Shown in pieces: positions 47,182-55,021 of a stretch of 64,000 bases of DNA (positions within the stretch are counted from its first letter, which is position 1; every line of letters begins with the position of its first letter). The stretch comes from a virus (taxonomy: Duplodnaviria > Heunggongvirae > Uroviricota > Caudoviricetes), in IMG/VR virus record IMGVR_UViG_3300037261_000110; one strand, given 5' to 3'. The notes under the pieces were generated by a model, which saw only the letters and a program-made list of their open reading frames with translations, ran no database searches and was not told the origin of the DNA. The position numbers were made by a program, and so were the translations under genes.

Positions 47182-47463
47182 TTACCCTTTCAGAGCATTA
47201 CCGATCTTGATCAAATCCGGCAGAATCTCAAAGAATTTCTGAATTCCGCCGACCTTATCAATGAGATCAGCAACATCTGCGCTGTTGTTAGCAATGAGAG
47301 ACAGAACCTGATCCATCATCGATTTGGTCTCAGGCGGCGGGATCATCGACAGAATCTTGTTAACGATAGCGAGTGCTTGGCTATCGTTCAATTTTGGACC
47401 GGTCGTGGACGCAAGCATCGTTTGAATTGCAACTACGCCAGCGGTCTTGTTAAAATCAACCAT
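47182..47463 (-). CDS. Hypothetical protein
   Basis: 93 aa, GGAG RBS, own promoter. Confidence 0.65.
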   Translation of the reverse strand: MVDFNKTAGVVAIQTMLASTTGPKLNDSQALAIVNKILSMIPPPETKSMMDQVLSLIANNSADVADLIDKVGGIQKFFEILPDLIKIGNALKG

Positions 47464-47488
47464 ATTGATTACTCCGTTTCATTTTTGC

Positions 47489-47573
47489 ATTATGATCAGT
47501 TTGCTTAAAAAATCAAGGAAAACACGAACCGGGTCATTTTTTACTTGACAAAACCAAAATTATTGGCAAGATG
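47489..47573. promoter_or_regulatory. Divergent promoter pair
   Basis: - strand TGACCCGGTT-N10-TTGATT-N16-CATAAT; + strand TTGACA (47545)-N17-AAGATG with GC immediately 5' of the -10. Confidence 0.55.
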
Positions 47574-47634
47574 GCGAAAATTCCGAGTTGGTTGGCATTT
47601 CACAATTCCGCCATATTTTAGGAGCAAAGAGCTA

Positions 47635-47871
47635 ATGGGTAACGGGTCACACCAGTCCTATAATCAAGGATATCGTGGGTATTTCAGCTCAGCTGACTTA
47701 GACGAAAATCCATACGACTACGGGACACCTGAGTTCATAGCCTGGGAAAAAGGCTGGAAAGAAGCCGAAGATGATGACAGCGCCGCAGCCGATTTCGACG
47801 GATTTGAGGAACCCGGCCTCGATTATCTCCACTATGAGCGCTGGGGAGGAGACGGAGATGACGACGATTGA
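47635..47871 (+). CDS. Ribosome modulation factor (RMF/CrpP)-like small protein
   Basis: SYNQGYRG...NPY...W..GWKEA pattern; acidic tail. Confidence 0.5.
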   Translation: MGNGSHQSYNQGYRGYFSSADLDENPYDYGTPEFIAWEKGWKEAEDDDSAAADFDGFEEPGLDYLHYERWGGDGDDDD

Positions 47872-48077
47872 AATCGAGGATACCGTCCGCGAACGAATCA
47901 AGGAAATTGAAAGGCTTCGCAAGAAGCCTGTAGTTCCCTTGGGTGAAGACGGTCTGCCGATTCCTGTGCCAGTCTTACCTCCGAGACCAGTCGAGCCGCT
48001 GCCGATCGTAGCTGACGCGAACGCCAAAGAGCATCCGGATCACGAAGTCCTCAAGCTCGCCGACGACGGCTGTCCGC

Positions 48078-48368
48078 ATGTCGACGACGAGCCTGATGCC
48101 GAGGGTTCTTAATCGCCACGACGTAGGCGTTCCACCAGGAGCAATCTACTGCGGGCGTGGCGGGCGTGGGTTGCCTCGATCTCCATACTGCAACCCATTT
48201 CCGATGCGTGATTATACTTTGGCTGAGCGCAATCGGGTCTGCGATCTCTTCGAGCGACACATCCTGCCAACGCTCGACGTGAGCGATCTCCGTGGAAAAG
48301 ATTTGGTGTGCTATTGTGCGCCGCAACGCTGTCATTGTGACGGTATTTTAAGGAAAGCCAATGCTTGA
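48078..48368 (+). CDS. DUF4326 family protein
   Basis: IYCGRG...Y.NPF...L.GKDLVCYCAP..CH.D.L. Confidence 0.8.
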   Translation: MSTTSLMPRVLNRHDVGVPPGAIYCGRGGRGLPRSPYCNPFPMRDYTLAERNRVCDLFERHILPTLDVSDLRGKDLVCYCAPQRCHCDGILRKANA

Positions 48369-49224
48369 ATCTCGGATTGTCTCGTGCAGGAAACTAGAAC
48401 AGGTAGAAGACTTTCCTGGTCTCTATATTTCCGAAGACGAAATGCTTATTCTCTTCGAAGCTCCTTCCCGTGGACAGGTCATCTATCCAGGGAGTAGCAC
48501 ATACAAAATAGGGCACTATGCTCATAATTGGGCGATGCCTCAATTCAGACGCTTCGAAGGCGAAGTAACTATCAAGCAAGCACCGAAATGGCTGGATCGC
48601 AAATGATTACACTGAAAATCGGCATCGAATACATCAACGGTGTCATCGCCTACGGCACGGAAGTGCCAACGACCGAAGCAAAGGCCGACGAGCTGGTGAA
48701 GCTTTTCATCGTTACTTGGTTCCCAGGCGCCAAGAACGACACTGGCTGGATCAAGCGTGACGGCTTGACTCTCCGCTCATGGGAATTGAACCCGAGCTTC
48801 AAGGTCGTTTTCTGGAAGAAGAAAATATGAGAAAGGCAGACGCACAGGTTCTGATAAATCGTCAGCGCTTCGTCAATAGACTCGCAGAGATGGAAATGAC
48901 TCTGCGCAGCATGGCGCGCGTGTCAAATTTTTCGAAAGACATGTGCAAAGATTTCGAAAGCCTTGCCGATCACATGCAGTCGACGATCGCGAAAACCAGA
49001 AAGCATATTGAGGAGTGCGTAACATGACCTTCAGCGAATGGAAGACGATGATCGATATCGTCGAAAAGTTTCATCCAGGCGAACGCCTATTTGATGGCGT
49101 CGAGCACGATATCGCCTATATAAACCTTACCGAAGATAATGTTTCCGAAGACTCTGAGGACGGTAAGAAGCTGGTAGCGTTCGGCTTTTTCGTCGAAGAC
49201 GACGGCTGGGCAAGATACGTATGA
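48361..49224 (+). CDS. Run of four small coupled hypothetical ORFs (48361-48606, 48603-48830, 48827-49027, 49024-49224)
   Basis: ATGA overlaps between consecutive ORFs. Confidence 0.55.
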
Positions 49225-49393
49225 AACTGAAACTTTGGCTATACTGGCACCTGCGCGATCTCGCGTTTCCTGTCTATGATTGCGAAGATTGTATAGGCAT
49301 GATTCAGCACGGTTGCCAGTGCGCCTATTATGGCGCACCAGCGCCGGGTGTCAAACCAGAACGCTGGCGTGCTTGGCTTCAGGCTCGATTGAG

Positions 49394-49597
49394 TTAGAGC
49401 CAGATAGCTTGCTGGATGCGTATCAGTCTACCTGATGGCGGTGGTGGAGTTACGCCTACTTCGGTGTAATAACCGGTGGCAAAATATCCAGAGCGCCAAT
49501 ATTGCCCGCCAAAATATCGACGAGCAAACGTTACACCGATATCCGTAAATACAGTGAAATACTTATCGGCAAAATATCGAGAGCCAAAGTATCTCAT
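49394..49597 (-). CDS. Small Tyr/Phe/Gly-rich protein
   Basis: Repeated YF(G/A)..Y(F/W) motifs. Confidence 0.55.
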   Translation of the reverse strand: MRYFGSRYFADKYFTVFTDIGVTFARRYFGGQYWRSGYFATGYYTEVGVTPPPPSGRLIRIQQAIWL

Positions 49598-49602
49598 TGG
49601 AT

Positions 49603-51384
49603 TTACGTCAAGTCAGATACAATAGCAGTTCTGTTGCCTGATCCATCAACAGTTGCAGTTACACGAGTCTTGCTATCCTGTACTGCATTTCTGAAGACTT
49701 CCGTTCCGGTTCCAGCTCCGGAAAGCTTACCACCAAGAACAGACATTGCAAAGCGCCATGCTTGACGCATTGTCAATCCAGTCTCAAGTGCATTCGCGCG
49801 ATCCAGAAGCCCATCAGCATTCTGAATTGCTGTCGGAACTGCGTCAACGTCGGTCTTAACCGCCGCGATATCAGCACTGACGCTTGCACCAGCCGGCGCT
49901 CCCAGGCGAGACATGATAGCATTAGTTGCACCAATGATAAGAGTCTCGTCAGCGGGTGCGGCTGTCAGGTTATCCGTCTTTACCTTGATCGCAGCAATGT
50001 CGGAATTATCCGGCGCAGTGTAGCCCGACGTGGCAAGACGAGACGAGACAGCGGCATCGAGATCGGCGAGGCGAGCATCTCCGAGCGCCGTGAGGCCAGC
50101 ACCAGCGTCTCCGATCGTTGCCTTAATGGCCGCGATATCGCTATTGTCCGGCGCGGTATAGCCGGACGTGGCGAGACGAGACGAGACAGCTGCGTCGAGT
50201 TCAGCGAGGCGAGTGTCGCCAAGCGCCGTGAGACCGGCGCCGGCAGCTCCGATTGTCGTGTTAGTGTCTTTTTCAAGCTTGCCAAAGGTTCCTGCCGTAA
50301 CATGTGCGGCGGTCGTAGCATCCCAAACCGCTGCCGCGATCGTTGCTGCACTAGCTGGCGCAGCGATGGCGTCAGTTTCAGCTGCAATCTCGGCAAGGTC
50401 CAGAGAGATGGAAGCGAGAACCGGCGCTCCCAGGCGCGCGAACGCGTCGCCAGTCATTGCCGGCGCTGTCGCAGATTTCCAACCGAGGACGTTCGAATCT
50501 ACTTGGTTTGTTACGGTGAACGAAAATTTATTGGTGACGACCTTGATTGCTGCCGTATCGACCTTCGCTGCTGCCACGTCAGCCGAAACCGAAGCGCCAG
50601 CGGGGGCACCAATACGCGCATAGGTTAATGACTCTTTGGCGTCAAGATTGTCACCGAATGAACCGGCAATGGTATGACGTGACTTCGGTTCATCCCAAAT
50701 CTGCTTCACAGTCGGTGCTGTAACCCTCCAACTAGAACCACCGGTTTGATTTGTAGCTGCCTGGATGTCAGCACTAATACTTGCGCCCTGTGGCGCTCCT
50801 AAGCGAGTGAATATGGCAGATGTTTGAGTATATGTCAGTGATGCTTTGGCATCAAGGAAAGAGCCAAATGAACCAGTGACATTATGAGCTGACTTTAATT
50901 CATCCCAAACTCCCGCCACGATTTGCGCCGTTGGCTGCGGGTCCCATGCCTCGAACATGAATCCGCCCCAGGCGTCTGCACCTGAAGCATCGTTTGGTCC
51001 GCCATATTTGATGTTGGTTGAAGCAACAAGAACTTGCACGGCATAGGCCGCATCGAAATTAGCTGCTCCGGCAGTAAGTCCGGTGGCAATAAATTCTGCT
51101 TCAAGCGAATAAGATATAGTAGCACCACTTCCTGTCATCGGATTGTATTTTGGAACAACACGACCAATGACAGTAGCTCCCTTCAAAACACCAAACAAAA
51201 GCGATGGCGTCGTGGTTGCTCCGGTAAGAGCACAACGAAGCTTGAAAAGGACCTTACCGTGAGCTGGAACGACCACGCTAATTCGAAGATTCGTGGTGTC
51301 AAACGCCGTCAGCGCCAGAAGCGAGGATGTTGCCTTGCTAGCTGCCGACGCTGGATCGTACAATTTTGAAGAAAGTAGATTCAC
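49603..51384 (-). CDS. Repeat-rich probable virion fibre protein
   Basis: GTG start at 51384; 44-aa tandem duplication, four RLGAP..AS.S.D repeats; C-terminal TVDGSGNRTAI. Confidence 0.65.
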   Translation of the reverse strand: MNLLSSKLYDPASAASKATSSLLALTAFDTTNLRISVVVPAHGKVLFKLRCALTGATTTPSLLFGVLKGATVIGRVVPKYNPMTGSGATISYSLEAEFIATGLTAGAANFDAAYAVQVLVASTNIKYGGPNDASGADAWGGFMFEAWDPQPTAQIVAGVWDELKSAHNVTGSFGSFLDAKASLTYTQTSAIFTRLGAPQGASISADIQAATNQTGGSSWRVTAPTVKQIWDEPKSRHTIAGSFGDNLDAKESLTYARIGAPAGASVSADVAAAKVDTAAIKVVTNKFSFTVTNQVDSNVLGWKSATAPAMTGDAFARLGAPVLASISLDLAEIAAETDAIAAPASAATIAAAVWDATTAAHVTAGTFGKLEKDTNTTIGAAGAGLTALGDTRLAELDAAVSSRLATSGYTAPDNSDIAAIKATIGDAGAGLTALGDARLADLDAAVSSRLATSGYTAPDNSDIAAIKVKTDNLTAAPADETLIIGATNAIMSRLGAPAGASVSADIAAVKTDVDAVPTAIQNADGLLDRANALETGLTMRQAWRFAMSVLGGKLSGAGTGTEVFRNAVQDSKTRVTATVDGSGNRTAIVSDLT

Positions 51385-51385
51385 G

Positions 51386-51838
51386 TTAGACCTTACTTCC
51401 CTTGAACGTAAATGATAGACCAGACAACGTGCTATCAACGACTGATGGAGCTACAAGCGTAAATACATCACCTGGATTGAAGGTAACATCGGCGGCGAAA
51501 ACGAAGTCTGCTATTGAATCCACATCGAATGTTGCAGTACCGACTTCAACGGCGTTTTGCTGTATCGAAAACACCGGTGAGCCGGTTGCGGCTAAAATTG
51601 ACTGTCCCAAACTTCCGACCAAACCGCTTGGAAACGTGACCGCCGTCGCGACGAGATATTGAATGAGGATTTCCAAAGAGCCCGGCTTGCCAGAGGCAAA
51701 GCAGGACAGATCGAACTCCACCACGCCGCTACCGTCGCCACCACCACCAGGGACGCCGGCAGGACCGCGAGCGCCACGTCGAACGGCAGACGCAGGGATC
51801 AACGATCGACGCTTGATCGGGACAATGCGAGGCTTCAC
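51386..51838 (-). CDS. Probable virion adaptor protein
   Basis: Shares the G..TF...F.PGD.LT...P...D.TL domain with 22204..22938. Confidence 0.55.
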   Translation of the reverse strand: MKPRIVPIKRRSLIPASAVRRGARGPAGVPGGGGDGSGVVEFDLSCFASGKPGSLEILIQYLVATAVTFPSGLVGSLGQSILAATGSPVFSIQQNAVEVGTATFDVDSIADFVFAADVTFNPGDVFTLVAPSVVDSTLSGLSFTFKGSKV

Positions 51839-51844
51839 GTTCCA

Positions 51845-51985
51845 TTACTTTTTCTGAAACCCAGGATTCGAGCGGGCAGCATGCGGCTGTTTCTTCAATT
51901 TGAGCCAGTTTGGCTCAAGTTTCGGACCAGTCACCTGACGGCTCGACGGCTGTGTTTTGGATTTTGTTTTGACAATCTTGACCAT
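51845..51985 (-). CDS. Lys-rich micro-protein (46 aa)
   Basis: MVKIVKTKSKTQPSSRQVTGPKLEPNWLKLKKQPHAARSNPGFQKK. Confidence 0.45.
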   Translation of the reverse strand: MVKIVKTKSKTQPSSRQVTGPKLEPNWLKLKKQPHAARSNPGFQKK

Positions 51986-52042
51986 TTTGAAACAGTTGCA
52001 TAAATGGCGAAGAAAGTAAAGAATTATGGCAATCGGGTCAAT

Positions 52043-52288
52043 TCAAGGAAACGGTGAATATCTCGGCACACCGTCCAGTAGACCGAAGAAACATTCAACT
52101 GACCGAGAAAATTTTATCGGATAGATGATTGACAAAGATTTGTACTGAACGTGCCAAATGTCCTTGTCACAATTCCAGATAAAGTCTAATATCTCGTAAG
52201 CTGTCTGTCTTACGCAATGTACCCACTTTGTTCCGATCAAATCAGGGTCAGGGACGTAGCCATTGCTATCGGGCGATAGGTAGTCCAT
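52043..52288 (-). CDS. Hypothetical protein
   Basis: 81 aa. Confidence 0.5.
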   Translation of the reverse strand: MDYLSPDSNGYVPDPDLIGTKWVHCVRQTAYEILDFIWNCDKDIWHVQYKSLSIIYPIKFSRSVECFFGLLDGVPRYSPFP

Positions 52289-52507
52289 TATGCCCTACTA
52301 CCGATAACAATACCGATGAAAAACGCCATCAAAACGAGAAGAAAAAAAGGATCAGGCATCATTTCACCGGCTTCCTGTTACGAACCCGAAAGATTTTCGG
52401 GATAGGACTTCCAGGAAATATGTCGATTTGCTTGGAAGAGATCATCTTCTTGTGATAATCGATCAGAGGACTCTTCTCAATCTTGCTAGGTTTTCTCTTT
52501 ATCGTTG

Positions 52508-53191
52508 TCATGGTTGACAAACCGAAATCTTGTTGGTGTCCAGCGTCACCGCACCAATCATAGCCATCGCCGAGCCACATTGGAGTGCAGCGCCGGTCGT
52601 TAGCGTGATGCTGGCTTCAGCCATAATGTTGCCGACGAAAACAGTGCCAGTCCCGAGTGTTGCCGAGCTTTGAACCAACCAGTAGACGTTAGCTCCCTTG
52701 GCACCATTGATCAGCTTGACTGAGGACTTGCTGGCTGTAGTGAGAGCACTGCCGATGTCGAAAATGAAGACAGCATTCGGATCGTTCTTGGCGTCCAACG
52801 TCAAAACACCGGTCAGCTGAGCTGAGCTGTCAAACTTGTACATACCGGTATGAAGAGTCATTCCGCCGAGATTCTTGCCGGTCAGATCACCAGTAGGCGC
52901 ATGAGTGACGACCATGTTGTGAAAAGTTGCAAGGTCCTTCTTGACCTGAACCGCAACCGTATCGTCAACGTGCCCGACGCCGGCAATATGCCCCGGAGGA
53001 AAACCAGTAATCGCACTGCCAGGACTGAGCCCGACGTTCCCAGTGATGACACTGTTGCCTGTATTGGTGATAGTTGATCCGGCGATGACGCCGAAACCGA
53101 ACAAGTTCGCAAACGTCATGTCTTGAGCTTGTACGGCGGTTGCCAGAAGCAACGAAGCCGCCAAAACGGCGGCAAGTAGTTTGGATTTCAT
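52508..53191 (-). CDS. Secreted ice-binding protein (DUF3494 / IBP-1 fold)
   Basis: Sec signal MKSKLLAAVLAASLLLATAVQA; FGVIAGSTITNTG, SPGSAITGFPPG, LTLDA..D.NAVFIF.IGS.LTTAS, SSATLGT, GAVTLDTN. Confidence 0.9.
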   Translation of the reverse strand: MKSKLLAAVLAASLLLATAVQAQDMTFANLFGFGVIAGSTITNTGNSVITGNVGLSPGSAITGFPPGHIAGVGHVDDTVAVQVKKDLATFHNMVVTHAPTGDLTGKNLGGMTLHTGMYKFDSSAQLTGVLTLDAKNDPNAVFIFDIGSALTTASKSSVKLINGAKGANVYWLVQSSATLGTGTVFVGNIMAEASITLTTGAALQCGSAMAMIGAVTLDTNKISVCQP

Positions 53192-53300
53192 CGGGATTTC
53201 CTATATTGTTGAAAGGCCAGGGGTGATGGATATGAACCACCATATCTCAGCATTCCTGCCGAGCGCTCTGCTTGAGCTAACCCCCGAGTGCCAACGAAAC

Positions 53301-53513
53301 TTATATCTCGCCAACGCCTTTGACGAGAACGCCACCATCGAACCCGAGACCACTGTCTCCTTCAATGATCAGCGTGCCACCATCGAGATCAAGACCGCTG
53401 TCTCCTTCGAAACCAAGCGTATCTTCGCCAGTGATCACGTCGCCGACGCCTTTGGACTTCGGTCCAGCGCCGAACCAGCCTTCATTGAGTGTCTTTGTCA
53501 TTGGATTCACCAT
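53301..53513 (-). CDS. Small acidic Gly/Asp repeat protein
   Basis: EGDSGLDLDGG / EGDSGLGFDGG repeats. Confidence 0.45.
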   Translation of the reverse strand: MVNPMTKTLNEGWFGAGPKSKGVGDVITGEDTLGFEGDSGLDLDGGTLIIEGDSGLGFDGGVLVKGVGEI

Positions 53514-53589
53514 TGGTGTTATTATGAAATTGTCGGCTCTAATTCTCTTGAATTCAGGCTAGAGCCAATCAGAACTTTGGAAGCCGGCG

Positions 53590-53787
53590 TTAGCCGGTTA
53601 CGGTAACGACAGGAGGCGCTGCCACGAGACCACCGATGTGGAAATAGCTCCAGAAAGCGGTGAAAACGGCGACGATAGAGGCGCCGATTGTCTGCGTGTT
53701 AACGACACCTGTGAAGATCGGTAGAGCGCCAGCGCCGGAAACAAACGCGATTCCGATACGCAGGACTCCAAGGATTTGAGCCCACAT
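53590..53787 (-). CDS. Small two-TM membrane protein (holin-like)
   Basis: Two hydrophobic helices, 65 aa. Confidence 0.55.
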   Translation of the reverse strand: MWAQILGVLRIGIAFVSGAGALPIFTGVVNTQTIGASIVAVFTAFWSYFHIGGLVAAPPVVTVTG

Positions 53788-53966
53788 GTGTGTTGTCTTT
53801 TCTGTGAAGTGCGGGAGCTTGCTTCCGGTGCTCCCGCGAAACCGGTATTTCCCTCAATAGCCGGCGACCAACTCCGGCAACAGGTCATTCTCTCTATATA
53901 ACGTGTTTTTCACACTACCCCCGATGCATTTTTCACAATCACCCTCGGGAGAACAGGGGTTCGTTG

Positions 53967-54068
53967 TTACTTCTTCTTCGGCGGAGCCTTCTTTGCAGCT
54001 GGCTTCTTGCCGGAATTCTTCTTCGCCATATACGCTTTCAGCGCTGGCGGTAAACCCTTCTTTACCAT
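53967..54068 (-). CDS. Lys-rich micro-protein (33 aa)
   Basis: MVKKGLPPALKAYMAKKNSGKKPAAKKAPPKKK; RBS GAAAGGAA. Confidence 0.55.
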   Translation of the reverse strand: MVKKGLPPALKAYMAKKNSGKKPAAKKAPPKKK

Positions 54069-54169
54069 TTCAGTTCCTTTCGAGAGGAAAGCGAAGCCGA
54101 GAGAGCTTCACAGACATAAGCGTCTCCACTCTTCTCGGCCTTGACGCACTGGAAGTACGTCGTGCTAAT

Positions 54170-54405
54170 TGTTGCCGGATTCTGTTTCTAGGTTCCGGCG
54201 GACCCAACTCACGTTAGGAGCTTACGCTGCCATCGCGAGAGGAAGTGCATTGTCATTGGCTGCATTTATTTAGCCACAGTATCGACACCGTAAGTCCCTA
54301 CACAATCAGTCGATCCTATTTCAGCCCCATAAGGTTTGGTGGAGCTGTCGGGTACTGCCCCCGAGTGCTCGATTGTTTCGAAAACCACAGCTTTCGTTCG
54401 TCGAT
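54170..54405 (-). ncRNA. ssrA: Two-piece (circularly permuted) tmRNA
   Basis: Acceptor piece ends TCGGG-GGCAGTA-CCCGA-CAGCTCC-A-CCA (54337); 8-nt intervening segment; coding piece starts GGGGCTGAAATAGGATCGAC (54328) with a G3:U70 pair; tag ORF 54263-54222 AANDNALPLAMAA*. Confidence 0.93.
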
Positions 54406-54411
54406 TATTTG

Positions 54412-54440
54412 ACTGTAAACTTCTTGGAACTGTATGTCAA
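54412..54440 (-). promoter_or_regulatory. Promoter of tmRNA
   Basis: TTGACA-N17-TACAGT. Confidence 0.75.
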
Positions 54441-54449
54441 GCAAAAAGT

Positions 54450-54662
54450 TTAGAGATGACCGAAATAACCGCCGCTATAGCCGCCGAACAAGGCTAATAG
54501 GACGATGATGATGATGATGATCCAGAGGAGATTGCCTCCACCGTAACCTGGACCGGGACCGCCGCCAGCAACGACTGGTCCGCGATTGTAGTTGGTGTGC
54601 CAATAGTATCCGCCGCCTCCGACGCCGAACACGAGAACCAAGATGATGATGACGAGAAGCAT
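54450..54662 (-). CDS. Small membrane protein (DUF3309-like)
   Basis: Two hydrophobic helices separated by a Gly-rich loop. Confidence 0.6.
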   Translation of the reverse strand: MLLVIIILVLVFGVGGGGYYWHTNYNRGPVVAGGGPGPGYGGGNLLWIIIIIIVLLALFGGYSGGYFGHL

Positions 54663-54709
54663 GGTGAAATGTCTTTCCAGTTTCAAAGGAAGTTTTTTCG
54701 CTTTTGATC

Positions 54710-55021
54710 TTAGTCAGAAATTGTCTTTTTGTCAAGCATAGGGTCAATTCCAGTAATTTTGGCGTAAACGCTAGGTTTTGCTATCTGAATCATCCTGAGA
54801 CGCCCGGCAAACATGGCTCCGCGCCTGAGAGCGATGAATTGTTGCTCGGGTGTAATGTCGTAGTGAGGCCAACGCTTATTGTCAAACCACTGACGCTTCA
54901 AGTGAAGCCTATCGATCGCGAACTTGTGCAGTTCGGATAGATCAACGGAGTCCGTGAACAAGTGGCACCAACGCTTGCCGCGCTTCTTGTACTTCCTCGG
55001 ATTATCCACGAAAACGGTCAT
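54710..55021 (-). CDS. DUF4031 family protein
   Basis: VFVD...WCHL..D...ELH.FA...L.R.WF...PHYDIT. Confidence 0.8.
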   Translation of the reverse strand: MTVFVDNPRKYKKRGKRWCHLFTDSVDLSELHKFAIDRLHLKRQWFDNKRWPHYDITPEQQFIALRRGAMFAGRLRMIQIAKPSVYAKITGIDPMLDKKTISD

